Shown: one piece after another, positions 49,907-61,434 of the stretch
Position numbering within the stretch: position 1 is the first letter of the stretch
Layout of the letters: every line of letters starts with the position of its first letter
Made by a program: the position numbers and the translations under genes
Notes under the pieces: model-generated
What the model saw: only the letters and a program-made list of their open reading frames with translations
The model's database searches: none
What the model was told of the DNA's origin: nothing
Origin: Nitrospirota bacterium
GTDB lineage: Bacteria > Nitrospirota > Thermodesulfovibrionia > Thermodesulfovibrionales > UBA9159
Assembly: GCA_963699545.1 (NCBI GenBank)
Contig: CAVOUE010000009.1
Coordinates: 128,001 to 192,000, forward strand
DNA: 64,000 bases
Direction: 5' to 3'

Positions 49907-52564
49907 TTGGCCGGACAGCGGTTTAAATACAGACGGGAGGATTTCGGCAAGCTCCCGGTCATTCTCCACCATCTTACGATTTATCTGAACTTTCTCAGGG
50001 ACTCTGTCGAGGCGACAAATTGTCTCGACATGACGGCGAAGCAGGATATTGACGAGATCCATCTGGATGCCAACAGCCTCGATATTATAAGAGTTGAAGT
50101 GTGCACAAGTCCTGCGGCTCAGGGCATCCTCCTGGATTATGAATACGTGAGGGAGAAGAACAGGCTCGCGGTGAAGTTGCCGATGACCGTTAAGGCAGGG
50201 GAAAGGTTCCTTGTGAGGACCTTTACCCGCTGTTCTCCCTCTGACCATATCCTGGAGGGAGTATACAGAGACGCGACACCTCCCGGAGCTCCGCAGCAGT
50301 ATATGTCCCAATGTCAGCAGTGGGGATTCCAGCGGATCATGCCGATCTTCGACGACTGCCGGGCCAAGTGTACCATGACCACCACAATCGAGGCGGACAG
50401 GGCATATACCCATCTTGTCAGCAACGGCACTATCAGCCGCAGGCTCAACCCCGGGGGAAGGCCCGTGCCGAAGCCGGGCGAGCCTCACCGGCAGATCATC
50501 ACCTATGAAAACTCGGTGCCCATGGCTCCCTACCTTTTCCTGGTCTGCGCGGGCACATGGGATACGCTGGTGGACGAAGTGACCTATGGATCAGGCCGCA
50601 CGGTACGCCTTGAATATCTTGTTCCTCCCGGGGCCGTGGATGATGTTCGCATCCCCATGGAGATACTAAAGGAGTCCATCCTGTGGATAAGGGAAAGGCA
50701 GGATTATGAATACACGGGCGACACTTACCGCACCATCTGCATGAACAAGTCTAATTTCGGTGGGATGGAGAATGCGGGCAATACCACCATCGTCACGGAT
50801 GCAGCCCTCATAACGGAGCACACTCTTGATTCATCCCTGCTCTACACCCACGGAGTGATCGTCCATGAGTTCGAGCACAACCAGTGCGGGAGCGAGACCA
50901 CCATGGAGACGCCGTTTGACGTATGGCTGAACGAGGCATATACCGTTGATGTGGAGAGGCAGTTCATGGCGGACGTCTTTGATCCTTCTTTCATCAGGCT
51001 CCATCAGGTGGAGGGCATACGCAATCCGCTCCTCGGTCCCCTGACCATAGAAGACGCCGGTCACGCCGGCAGGATCGTCAGGGAAGGGTTCAACGATCCG
51101 GATGAATTGATCGACGGCGTGACCTATATAAAAGCAGCAGAGGTGATCAGGATGATGAGGCTGATCATCGGGGAGAAGAAGTTCCTTGAGGGAAAGGCCC
51201 TTTATTTCTCCCGCTACCATAACGGCAACGCAAACACCGAACAGTTCTTCCAGTGCTTTGAAGAGGTATCCGGCGCCTCCCTTGAACAGTTCAGGAGAGA
51301 ATGGCTTTACCGCGTCGGCTATCCGAAGGTCACCGCACATACCGAATATCGCCCTGCTGCGGGACAGTACCGCGTCGGCTTTCGTCAGGAGCTGGAGCAG
51401 GGGCAAACCCCCTTCCACCTGCCCATAGAACTTTCCCTGGTGGATCAGGAAGGGAAGGACATCCCAGGCACACCACGGATCTTTCAGCTTCGGGAGGCCA
51501 AGGGGGAGGTTGTTTTCGACACTATTTCAACACCCCCCGCCTTCGCCTCCATGAACCGCGGCTACTCCTTTTACGGGACCTTCCGCAACGCGGATGCCGG
51601 ACCCCACCTTTTCGCATCCCAGGCGAGACTCGACCCCGATGCATATAACCGTGTGGATGCCATGCGCCAGTTCACCGACCTCGAACGAATAAAGCTTCTC
51701 CGGAATCCGGATGCCGGGGTAAGCGACGGCTGGCTCGCTCTTTTCGGAAACATCCTCGGCGACATCACCATCGCTCCTTCGTTGAAGGCCTATTTCCTCA
51801 GGATCGATGAACAGCCCGTTGACCGCAGCTACGCCACGTGGTATCAGGAACTCGTTATTGCCAGGGAGAACCTCATGCTGGCTGCAAACGGGAGATACCG
51901 GGGTTTGCTCCTGGCACAATTTCAGAAACTGGATACGTATTCTCCATCAAAAAAGGGATCTCTCCGGGACGGCATGGAAGATCGCATGCTTAAGAACGCC
52001 TTGCTCGATCTGATCGCTATCGATGATTCGGAAGATAGTCATCGTCTGATCCTCGATCACTTCCGTTCTGCCACTACCGCGACAGACCGCGTGGCTGCGT
52101 TGCTTGCACTCAACCGGAGTTCATCCCCCTCGCGCCTCAGCGTTCTCGAAGGGGTGTATGAGAGATGGCATACCCATCTCAGCGGGTACGCAAACTACCT
52201 CAGAGTGGTCTCCGGCGGAACCAGGGATGACGTCTTCGACATGATAGAGAGGGAGAAGAAGCGCGCGGGGTTTGACATCGCCCTGCCCACGTGGTCCCGG
52301 GCCCTTTTCCTGCCCATGGCCACAAACAACAAAATGCTTTGGACGGACAGGGGAATACAGTGGATCACCGATACCATCATTGAACTTGCGCCGGTGAATG
52401 CGACCACCACCGGCCGTCTCCTGAACACCTTCCAGCATGTCAGGAAATTGAAGGCGCCGTTACAAGATAAAGTGAAGGTGGCGTTGGAGCGTATCGTGCA
52501 GAGCATCCCTGAACAGGACAACCCGGCAGTTCGCGGCCAAGCCAATGCCTACTTGCAAAGCTGA
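49907..52564 (+). CDS. pepN: Aminopeptidase N (M1)
   Basis: GGMEN, HEFEH...WLNE, YIKAAEV. Confidence 0.88.
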   Translation: MAGQRFKYRREDFGKLPVILHHLTIYLNFLRDSVEATNCLDMTAKQDIDEIHLDANSLDIIRVEVCTSPAAQGILLDYEYVREKNRLAVKLPMTVKAGERFLVRTFTRCSPSDHILEGVYRDATPPGAPQQYMSQCQQWGFQRIMPIFDDCRAKCTMTTTIEADRAYTHLVSNGTISRRLNPGGRPVPKPGEPHRQIITYENSVPMAPYLFLVCAGTWDTLVDEVTYGSGRTVRLEYLVPPGAVDDVRIPMEILKESILWIRERQDYEYTGDTYRTICMNKSNFGGMENAGNTTIVTDAALITEHTLDSSLLYTHGVIVHEFEHNQCGSETTMETPFDVWLNEAYTVDVERQFMADVFDPSFIRLHQVEGIRNPLLGPLTIEDAGHAGRIVREGFNDPDELIDGVTYIKAAEVIRMMRLIIGEKKFLEGKALYFSRYHNGNANTEQFFQCFEEVSGASLEQFRREWLYRVGYPKVTAHTEYRPAAGQYRVGFRQELEQGQTPFHLPIELSLVDQEGKDIPGTPRIFQLREAKGEVVFDTISTPPAFASMNRGYSFYGTFRNADAGPHLFASQARLDPDAYNRVDAMRQFTDLERIKLLRNPDAGVSDGWLALFGNILGDITIAPSLKAYFLRIDEQPVDRSYATWYQELVIARENLMLAANGRYRGLLLAQFQKLDTYSPSKKGSLRDGMEDRMLKNALLDLIAIDDSEDSHRLILDHFRSATTATDRVAALLALNRSSSPSRLSVLEGVYERWHTHLSGYANYLRVVSGGTRDDVFDMIEREKKRAGFDIALPTWSRALFLPMATNNKMLWTDRGIQWITDTIIELAPVNATTTGRLLNTFQHVRKLKAPLQDKVKVALERIVQSIPEQDNPAVRGQANAYLQS

Positions 52565-52662
52565 AAGCATCAGCAATGCCTTCAGGCATAGTGCAGGAAC
52601 CTTCTGATCTTCTCTGATACCGAGCTTTTTCCGAAGGGTCCTTCATTTCGCCGCTTTTCCGA

Positions 52663-53556
52663 TCACACCAGCCTCCTGCTTATCAGCGGCTCCAGGGTCG
52701 CCACAATGTGGCCGTTCTCGAATATGGTCACCTTCCCCGTACTCTCCGAGACCACCACAGCCACAGCCTTTGTCTTCCGGGTGATCCCTGCAGCGGCCCT
52801 GTGTCTCGCACCCAGTCCTCTCAGCTTTTTTGCGGTCGCGCCTCCCGCGTCAAGGTGTCTTCCGGCCGCCTCCACAATACCTTCTACGGAAATAATTATG
52901 GCCCCGTCCAGTTTTGCCAGCTCCTTGATGCTCTCCACCACTTCGGGAAGGGAGATTCTTCTCTCTTTTTTCGAATACCCTTTGAAGGCATTGAAGACCG
53001 CCTGATGGGAAGATGTGAGGACATCTTCCGTATCACCGATAACGAATATGGTCCCCACTGATTTCCCTTCCCTGCCCAATGCGCCGATGTCCAGGGCGAT
53101 GTCCACCACCGCCATGATGGTGTGGAACGCCCGGTTCTTAATGAGCCCCATCACGTCAAAGGGGAATTCCTCGCTCCATGAGAGCGACAGGTCATGGATG
53201 GTGATGGTATCGAGGTGGCTCTTCCCTGAAGGTCCGAGGACGCAGACCACTTTGCTGTCCTCATTGATCAGTCCCTGCATCACCCCATGGAGAAATGCGT
53301 ATTTTATTCTCGAAAACCTGCTCTGGTTTCCTGACCAGCTCCGGATGATCTCCCTGCACGAATCCTGGAGCACAGATTCCCTGATCTCCAGTTCCCTGGG
53401 TATCACGAGGATGATCCGGTCTCTCGCGGCGATCCCGGATTTCAGCCACCATCGGCACTCAGGAATGGTATTCAGGAACAGGAAGAGCTTCTCGCTGCCT
53501 GTCTCGCTGGCTGCCCGCAAGGCATTTTCTATGATGATGGTCCTTTGGTCTCTCAT
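52663..53556 (-). CDS. Diadenylate cyclase (DisA_N domain, DacZ-like architecture)
   Basis: GREGKSVGTIF, ELAKLDGA, GLGARHRAAA, VVSESTG. Confidence 0.85.
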   Translation of the reverse strand: MRDQRTIIIENALRAASETGSEKLFLFLNTIPECRWWLKSGIAARDRIILVIPRELEIRESVLQDSCREIIRSWSGNQSRFSRIKYAFLHGVMQGLINEDSKVVCVLGPSGKSHLDTITIHDLSLSWSEEFPFDVMGLIKNRAFHTIMAVVDIALDIGALGREGKSVGTIFVIGDTEDVLTSSHQAVFNAFKGYSKKERRISLPEVVESIKELAKLDGAIIISVEGIVEAAGRHLDAGGATAKKLRGLGARHRAAAGITRKTKAVAVVVSESTGKVTIFENGHIVATLEPLISRRLV

Positions 53557-53598
53557 AATGAATTATCATACCACAGGGCTTGATGATGGGGGCTTCCG

Positions 53599-54443
53599 TC
53601 AGCGATGGGCAGGCAACGTGACCTCGACCTCACGGTTCTCGAAAGGACACAGGAATCGCAGCGAAACAGCCCGGAGTTGCATCCCCTCCCTGTTCTTGTC
53701 CCCCTTCCCGTATCTCGGATCTCCCAGCACCGGGAACCCGATCATATCGAAGTGGCGGCGTATCTGGTGGAGACGCCCGGTCCTTATGCGCACATGGACA
53801 ATGGAGGTGTTCTTCTCCGGATCGTATGACCCCACTTTGAACTCGGTGAGAGACGGTTTGCCGTCAAGAGGAAATGCTATGTGTCCGTGCCGTCCCGTCT
53901 CGCCCGCGTTTCCGAGGACTTCGGCATGATACCCCTTTACAATGAGGTTCTTCTGAAACAGCGCTGAAAGTCTCGCCGCAGCAACCCTGCTGTGGGCCAC
54001 GAGCATCAGACCCGAAGCCTCCCGGTCCAGACGATGAACAAGAAAGACCTCGCGGGCAGACTGAAAGAACAACTCGGTCTGCCTCAGAAGTGAACAGTGA
54101 TCGCCGTACATCGTCCCTTGCGCCACAAGCCCCGGCGGTTTGTACCAGACACTGTAGTGCCCCCGTCGCTCAAACAAACAGCCTCAGGGGGCTTCAGCGA
54201 AAGCAGTTTCTCGTCATAGTAGAACTCGATGCGGTCGCCTTTGTTCACCGCCGCTGTGGCCCTGCGCAGCCGTCTCAGCCGGCCCTTCCCCTTCCCGATC
54301 CATACAGCTCCCTTGTTCATTGCGTCCTTGACCTTTCCTCTGGAGAGGCCTGTCCTGGAGGCCAGGAAGTCACAGGCGGTTTCACCGGTCTGGGAGTCCA
54401 CCGTTTCCCTGAGAATGATTGTATCCATACGGTGCGCTGTCAT
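53599..54443 (-). CDS. RluA-family pseudouridine synthase; frameshift near 54175
   Basis: S4-like N-terminus (54084-54443 ORF), KPPGL, HRLDREASG, TGRLHQIRRH, GDPRYG. Confidence 0.88.
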
Positions 54444-54525
54444 TGCTTATTCTACCATCACCGCAGGTACTCCATTTTGAAATTGTTCTTGGTATAATAG
54501 AGCATTCATTTAAGAGACCACTCTC

Positions 54526-54876
54526 ATGATGCAGGAGGGGCAAGTGTTATTGGATGTGACCCTGGATAATGACTCCGTGACCGTCGCCATTGACAATCCC
54601 TTTCATTTCGATATGGATTCGGTCATGGGGGAGATCGAGAAGTTTACCTCATCAAAGAACGTGGCTTTGAGCGGGGTCGATGTGAGAGAATTAATCCCGA
54701 AAATGATCAGGGGCATAGCAGGATGCGAGGGCGGATGCCCTGCGAACGCAAAAAACCTTGTGGAGCAGGGCTTCAGGAATTTTGAACTGAAATACATTGA
54801 AGGAGGAATTCTCTCGGCAAAGGCGACCATCGCAGGCGGGACGACCTTGCACCTTAAGATGTTCCCGGACTTCTGA
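54526..54876 (+). CDS. Hypothetical protein with a CEGGCPA motif
   Basis: 116-aa ORF with TGGTATAAT upstream; start may be GTG 54544. Confidence 0.65.
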   Translation: MMQEGQVLLDVTLDNDSVTVAIDNPFHFDMDSVMGEIEKFTSSKNVALSGVDVRELIPKMIRGIAGCEGGCPANAKNLVEQGFRNFELKYIEGGILSAKATIAGGTTLHLKMFPDF

Positions 54877-54891
54877 CCAGGAAACAGAGTC

Positions 54892-55731
54892 TCAGTCCAG
54901 AATCGTGAAGGGCGAGGGCATGAAGGTGATGACGAAGATGACCAGCGTCACCGCCCCGATAAATCTTCTCTTCCTGTCCAAGGGGACTTCCCAGTAGATC
55001 ACCGGGGGATGCCTCAGACCCAGAACGACCATAAGGGCTCCCCACACGGCCCAGATCTCCCAAAAGAATAATCCAAGGATCAGGAGGATCACCACAAGCG
55101 CAATGGAGAGAACCCTGTGACGTTCCCTCAGGAAAGCATATGCAATATGGCCGCCGTCAAGCTGTCCTATAGGAATGAGGTTCAGCGAGGTGACAAAAAG
55201 ACCGATCCAGCCGGCAAAGGCCACCGGATGCAGGAGTATATCGTATGCATCCGGAGGAGTCCCTATCACAACACGCGTCAGCAGTGAAAAGAGGATCGAA
55301 TCACCGAGACGCAATCCTCCGGCGGTCTCACTGACAGGTACCACGCTGGAATAGTGGAGTCCCGCAACAGCCGCGATTACCGAGAGGACAAACCCGGCTA
55401 TCGGTCCGGAAGCGCCTATATCGATAAGGGCCTTCCTCGTTATTATCGGGGATTTCATCTTGATAAAGGCGCCAAACGTCCCGATCACCGAGGGGGCGGG
55501 GATGAAATAGGGCAGCGTCGCCTTCGTGTGGTGTCTTCTGGACGTGAAATAGTGGGAAAGCTCATGGCTGAGAAGAATACCCATGAGGGTCAGAGCAAAG
55601 GGCAGACCTTCGACGATCCTCCCAGGCTCATGAAAGATATCAACACCTTTCTGAAAGAGCGCACCGGCAACAAGCATCGACAGGAAGGTGAGTATGAAAA
55701 GAACAAGATGCAGAAAGGGGAACTGTTTCAC
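54892..55731 (-). CDS. Site-2 protease (M50)
   Basis: HELSH, GPIAG, NLIPIGQLDGGH. Confidence 0.92.
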   Translation of the reverse strand: MKQFPFLHLVLFILTFLSMLVAGALFQKGVDIFHEPGRIVEGLPFALTLMGILLSHELSHYFTSRRHHTKATLPYFIPAPSVIGTFGAFIKMKSPIITRKALIDIGASGPIAGFVLSVIAAVAGLHYSSVVPVSETAGGLRLGDSILFSLLTRVVIGTPPDAYDILLHPVAFAGWIGLFVTSLNLIPIGQLDGGHIAYAFLRERHRVLSIALVVILLILGLFFWEIWAVWGALMVVLGLRHPPVIYWEVPLDRKRRFIGAVTLVIFVITFMPSPFTILD

Positions 55732-57106
55732 AGAACCGGCTCCCCCTTCAGGTCATAATCATACGCCTCCACGATCTGTACCTTCACAAACTCTCCCGGT
55801 CTCAACATTTTTTGGAACGGTAACACGGTGACACGGGCATGCGGTGACTCCTTTTCCCTTTGAATCTTTGTCTCCGTTCTCCGCGTCCAGCATGACCACT
55901 CCGTCTATCTCGGGGGCCTGCGACGAGAGTCGCGCGATGACCGTCCCTCCCTCGACCTCATCCACCAGAGCTCTGAGCCTTTTCCCCACGAGTGCCTTGT
56001 TCTTGCAGAGGGATATGGAGGACTGCAGTTTCATGATCTCATCCCTCCTTCTCTCCTTGATCCTCTTCGGGACGTTCCCCTTCATCTTCGATGCAGGTGT
56101 CCCCTCTTCCCGTGAGTAGAGAAACACACCGAGACGCTCGAACCCCGTTTCTTCGATGAATCCCTTCAGTCCGGCAAAATCCTCTTCGGTCTCTCCGGGG
56201 AAGCCGACGATCAAAGTCGTTCTGAGGGTCATCTGAGGGATCAAAGCGCGTATCTTCTTTATCATCCGCGCAATCGATTTCCTCGAGCCTCCCCGCCCCA
56301 TGGCCTTCAGTATTCGCTCCTCAGAGTGCTGCAGGGGGATATCCAGATATTTGCAGACCTTCTCCTCTTCCGCAACAACCGCCAGGAGTTCGTCGCTGAT
56401 GGATGTCGGGTTGAGATAGAGCAGGCGGATCCAGAAGTCACCGCTGATGGAGGCGATATCCCTGACAAGAGAAGATAACGAATATCCACGGTATTCCCGG
56501 CCGTAATTCCCGAGATCCTGGGCAACGAGAACGAGCTCTCCCGCTCCGGCGTGAATATGCTCCTCAGCCTTCTTCAGTATGCCGTCCGGCTCCATGCTCC
56601 TGAAAGGTCCCCTGATTGAGGGGATAACGCAATAGCTGCATCCCCTGCTGCATCCCTCAGCCACCTTGAGATAGGCATACGGCGAAGAGGCCAGAGGCGA
56701 CTGGCCATGGGCGAGAGGCTTTCAGTTTCTTCCCATTGCCCCTTGCCTATTGCCGCGTGCGGCCACTTTCTTGCAATATTCAACTATCCTCTCTTCCTCG
56801 CCAACACCCCACAGGGCGTCTATCTCCGGGAATCTCCTTTTTGAGCTCTTCACCATACCTTTTTGCGAGGCATCCGAATACAAGGAGTTTCCTGCCTTCC
56901 TTCGTGATATGTTTCAGTTTCAGTATCTCTCCGATGGATTCCTTCTTCGCATCTTCGATGAAACCGCAGGTATTCACCAGCACAAGATCGGCATTTTCCG
57001 TTTCCGGGGTGTAGACGAACCCTTCACTCCTGAGTTTCGTCAGGAGTGTATCGCTGTCAACGAGATTCTTGGGACATCCGAGGCTGACCATGGACACTTT
57101 AGGCAT
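55728..57106 (-). CDS. rimO: Ribosomal protein S12 methylthiotransferase RimO (several frameshifts)
   Basis: [47 protein letters not shown]. Confidence 0.92.
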
Positions 57107-57526
57107 TTCTTCTTTTGAGCATGCGATAGATGATGATATAGCTCCCAACGGACGAGAGACTGCCGATGATTACTGTCCCCACGATGAACGGCATAAGGAG
57201 CGGCCCAGATCCTTGATCAATGTGCTGAGGTTGATATGGCCCCAATCAATCGCAGGGAGTATCTTTTCGATTCTCAGACACTTCGCGCCTACCCATGTGC
57301 TGAACGTGTATATGGGTATTATGGTCCATGGGTTTGTGACATACACGCCGACAATGGTCACCAGTCTATTGAGCCTGAGAATGTGGGCTGCGGCGAGCCC
57401 AAGAAGAGTATGGATGCCGAACAGGGGCGACATGCCGATGAAGATACCGAGGGCAAAAGCAATGGATATCCTGTGGGGGGTGTCCTTTACACTGAATACC
57501 AGCTGGATCTTGTCCCTTAACGCCAA
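57099..57526 (-). CDS. DUF2062 family membrane protein; frameshift near 57200
   Basis: [21 protein letters not shown]; shifted frame PLLMPFIVG...LKRRNA*. Confidence 0.8.
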
Positions 57527-58500
57527 TGTTGATACCCTTCCGGCAAGAACGGTTTTTCTCTGCCGTTTCTGTCAATGAAAACCCTCTCCGAATCCGTGAT
57601 CTCGCCTATGCAGACAGCGTCCACCTTCCTTTTAGGAGAAACGGTGAAGAGGAGTTCATAGTCCTCCCCCCCGGACGTAGCAAGCCTGTAAGGATCGATA
57701 CCGCAAGCTCGTGCCGCCTTTTTCATCTGGGAAGAGAGGGGGAGATGCCTCATGGAGATACGCGCGCCCACCCCGCTTTCATCGCAGAGCCTCGAAAGGT
57801 CTATGAAGAGACCATCGCTCACATCGATCATGGCCGTTGCAACCCTCGCGATCTTCCCGGGTCTTCTTGCCTCGGGCAAGAGATGCCTCCTCAGCAAAGG
57901 CTCCATGACCGACCATCCCATTGGTCTATCCGTCTCTTCCCCGGTTTCCAGGGAAAACGGCCTTCCAATGATTTTCAAGAGTTCAAGACCGCATGCAGAG
58001 TCACCCAGTTTCCCTGTCACATAGATCCTGTCCCCCGGTCTTGCCCCGGAGCGCATCACCGCTTTCCTTGTGTATCCTGCCAAAGTCGCAGCGAGCGCTG
58101 CCCCTGCCTTTGATGAAGAAAGATCACCGCCGATAAGTTCGACACGGTAGAGGGCCATTGCACTTTCGACCCCGTCAAGGAAGGATGCCAGAGATTTCTC
58201 GTCGGCTTTCTTATCCATCGCAAGGTCCAGGAGCACGAACCGCGGGTCCCCCCCCATGGCGTATATATCGCTCACATTGGAAGAAATCAGCTTGAAACCG
58301 ACCTGGAACCACGTAGTGAATTCGAGGTCAAAATGGACTCCCTCGGTCATCATGTCGGTGGTGAGGAGGAGCGACTGATCATGCGGCGCGACCACGGCTG
58401 CGTCATCGCCGATGCCCACGACCACATCCCTTGACCTCGTCCTGAATCTCTTCCGTATCCTCTTGAGAAGGGACAGTTCCCCTATTTCGGACAGCTTCAT
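57517..58500 (-). CDS. thiL: Thiamine-phosphate kinase
   Basis: GIGDDAA, NVSDIYAMGG, IGGD, DVSDGL, GGEDYELL. Confidence 0.95.
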   Translation of the reverse strand: MKLSEIGELSLLKRIRKRFRTRSRDVVVGIGDDAAVVAPHDQSLLLTTDMMTEGVHFDLEFTTWFQVGFKLISSNVSDIYAMGGDPRFVLLDLAMDKKADEKSLASFLDGVESAMALYRVELIGGDLSSSKAGAALAATLAGYTRKAVMRSGARPGDRIYVTGKLGDSACGLELLKIIGRPFSLETGEETDRPMGWSVMEPLLRRHLLPEARRPGKIARVATAMIDVSDGLFIDLSRLCDESGVGARISMRHLPLSSQMKKAARACGIDPYRLATSGGEDYELLFTVSPKRKVDAVCIGEITDSERVFIDRNGREKPFLPEGYQHWR

Positions 58501-58515
58501 AATTTCCTGGTCATT

Positions 58516-58663
58516 GCAGGTTCAGCAGGATTGACGCTCATGCCCGGGGGGATTCGCCAAGGCGAGAGCGACAGCAGTCCGCCTCAGGCGGATCGACAAC
58601 CCCGAATGCCGCGGGATCGAAAAACAGCAGCAAGCATGAGTCAGCCTTGCTGAACAACCCTGC
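58516..58663. repeat. MITE-like intergenic element with long imperfect terminal inverted repeats
   Basis: GCAGGTTCAGCAGGATTGACGCTCATGC ... GCATGAGTCAGCCTTGCTGAACAACCCTGC; internal hairpins. Confidence 0.5.
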
Positions 58664-61033
58664 TACTTTTTCCCTGCCTTCCTGTTCGTCTTCAGGGCCA
58701 CTTTGAGAACATCATCCATCGTATCCGCAAAGATAAACTCCATCTCCTTCTTTATGTACTTGGGGATATCTTCAAGGTCCTTCCTGTTCCTTGACGGGAT
58801 AACCACCCGTTTTATTCCCATCCTCTTTGCCGCAAGGGTCTTCTCCTTCAGCCCCCCGATAGGAAGCACCCTTCCCCTGAGGGTGACCTCTCCGGTCATG
58901 GCCACACTCTTGCTCACCGGCTTCCCTGTCAATGCAGAGGCGATGGCTGTAGCCATGGTTATACCGGCGGAAGGACCGTCCTTCGGGATCGCACCGGCAG
59001 GCACATGAATGTGCAGGTCTGTCCGGGAAAAGAGATCGTCGTTAATCCCAAGCTTTTTTGCCCTCGACCTGACATAGCTCAGTGCTGCCTGGGCAGACTC
59101 CTTCATCACATCCCCCAGCTGGCCCGTGAGAGTGAGGCCGCCCTTCCCCTTCATCGTAGTCGCTTCCACGTAAATGATGTCCCCGCCGCTCTCGGTCCAT
59201 GCCAGGCCTGTGGAGACGCCCACTTCGTCCTTCTCCATTTCTTCTTCGGGAAGGAATTTGGGAACCCCGAGGAAACGGTGAAGGTTCCGAGGCGTGATGC
59301 TGAACTTCTTCTCTGCGCCCTCCGCAATCCTCTTCGCGACCTTCCGGCAGAGGTTTGCGATCTCCCTCTCGAGGTTCCTCACCCCCGCTTCCCTCGTGTA
59401 CTGGGAGATGATCTGGAGCAGCGCAGGGTCAGTGATCTTCAGTATCTTCTTTGTGATCCCGTGCTCTTCCAGCTGTTTAGGCACAAGATAATTGACGGCG
59501 ATACCCAGCTTTTCCTCTGCAGTATAGCCCGAAAGGTAAATGATCTCCATCCTGTCCCTCAGAGGACTGGGTATCGTGTCCACAAGATTCCCCGTGGTGA
59601 TGAACATCACGTTCGTAAGGTCAAAGGGTACGCCGAGATAATGGTCCACAAAGGAATTGTTCTGTTCAGGATCAAGGACCTCTAGGAGCGCGGAGGAGGG
59701 GTCACCCCTGAAATCCATGCCGATCTTGTCTATCTCATCCAGCATGAATACCGGATTGTTGGTGGCTGCCTGTTTGATGCCCTGGATAATCCTTCCCGGA
59801 AGGGCTCCCACATACGTTCTCCGGTGACCGCGGATCTCTGCCTCATCCCGCACGCCGCCCAAGGACATCCTCGCGAATTCCCGTCCGAGCGCCCGCGCGA
59901 TGGACTTGCCGAGCGATGTCTTCCCCACGCCCGGTGGGCCTATGAAACAGAGGATCGGCCCTTTCATCTTCTCCTTTAACTTTCTGACGCTGAGATACTC
60001 AAGGATCCGCTCCTTCACCTTTTCGAGGTCATAGTGGTCCTTGTTGAGCACCTTTTCCGCAGCCTTGATGTCCAGCTTGTCCTTGGTGCTCCTGGACCAC
60101 GGGAGTTCCACCATCCATTCAAGATAGGTCCGCACCGTGGCTGCTTCCGCGCTGTCCGGGTGCATCTTCGCGAGGCGCTTCAGTTGTTTTTCGGCCTCTT
60201 TCATGACCTTCTCCGGCATCTTTGCTTCTTCCACCTTCTTCCGGAATTCGTTGATCTCTTCGGCCCGTTCATCGATCTCGCCCAGTTCCTTCTGGATCGC
60301 CTTGAGCTGCTCCCTCAGGAAATACTCCCTTTGGGTCTTGTCAATCTCGCCCCTCGCCTCTGTCTGTATCTTCTGCTGCACAATGAGGAGCTCTATCTCC
60401 CTGCTCAGGATATCGCTCACCCTTTTCAGACGCTGGACCGGGTCGATGATCTCGAGGATCTCCTGGGCCTGCTCTGTCTTCGAGCCCGAGATTGGACGCG
60501 ACAAGGTCCGCAAGCCGTCCCGGGTCATCAAGGTTCTCGACCACCACCATAATGTCGGGAAGGATGGTCTTGCCCAGGGAAACGGCCTTGTCCAGCTGCT
60601 CCTTCACTGTCCTTATGATCGCCTCTGTCTCGATGGTCATCTCGTCAACTTTCTGGTCAACGATCTTTTCGATGGTCGCCGTGTAGAAAGGTTCCATCTG
60701 AACAAACCCGAGAAGCCTCGCCTTGCTCACCCCCTGGACCAGTATCTTCACCCTCCCGTCAGGAAGCTTGAGCATCCTCATGATAAGCCCTACGGTGCCG
60801 ATGGAATAGAGTTCGTCGGTCGTAGGGTTCTCGATATTCAAGTCCTTCTGGGTGACCAGCATCACCATCCTGTTGCTGTCCAGAGCGTGATCAATAGCCT
60901 TTATGGACATCTCCCTGCCCACAAAAAGAGGCAGGATCATGTAGGGGAAGACCACGATGTCCCTTACGGGCAACACCGGCAAGGTATCGGGTATCTCAAC
61001 TTCCTTTTCGTCTTTCTGTTCTTTATCAGCCAT
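58663..61033 (-). CDS. lon: Lon protease; frameshift near 60480
   Basis: [11 protein letters not shown]-domain, [33 protein letters not shown]. Confidence 0.95.
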
Positions 61034-61058
61034 AGCATTCACCCTCGATGTTCCGGGG

Positions 61059-61433
61059 TCAGTCCTCCTTGTTCTCTATTCTTATCTTAATAACCCTTCC
61101 CCTTGTCTTGGGCAGCGTCAAGGTTATCACCCCTTTCGTGTACTCTGCCCTTCCTGCCGAGGGATCGACAGGAACCGGAATCCTGATCATCCTTCTGAAA
61201 CTCTCGAAACTCCTTTCCATGCAGAGGTATCGGTATTTCTTTTCCTTCCGGCTCTCCCTCTTTATCCCTTCAATAATAATGACATCCTCATAGACCTTTA
61301 TCAAGACGTCGTCGGGGTTGATCCCCGGAAGGTCAATCTCAAGAACAAGGTTATCGTCAGTCTCGTACACATCCAGCAACGGTAAAGAACCGGTCGCTTC
61401 CTCGTGCAAAAAAAGGACATTTCTGAGAGCCAT
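61059..61433 (-). CDS. Hsp20/alpha-crystallin small heat-shock protein
   Basis: DVYET, DLPG, ERSF..FRR, AEYTKGVITLTLPK. Confidence 0.9.
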   Translation of the reverse strand: MALRNVLFLHEEATGSLPLLDVYETDDNLVLEIDLPGINPDDVLIKVYEDVIIIEGIKRESRKEKKYRYLCMERSFESFRRMIRIPVPVDPSAGRAEYTKGVITLTLPKTRGRVIKIRIENKED

Positions 61434-61434
61434 G

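Noticed and set aside
53015-53929. Long antisense ORFs (also 25233-26093 and 60137-61090)
   Set aside because: They are antisense shadows of well-supported genes in GC-rich DNA.
60341-61042. Split lon (and split rimO, rluA) as programmed frameshifting or real two-gene systems
   Set aside because: Scattered single indels in many unrelated genes without slippery motifs are better explained by sequencing error.
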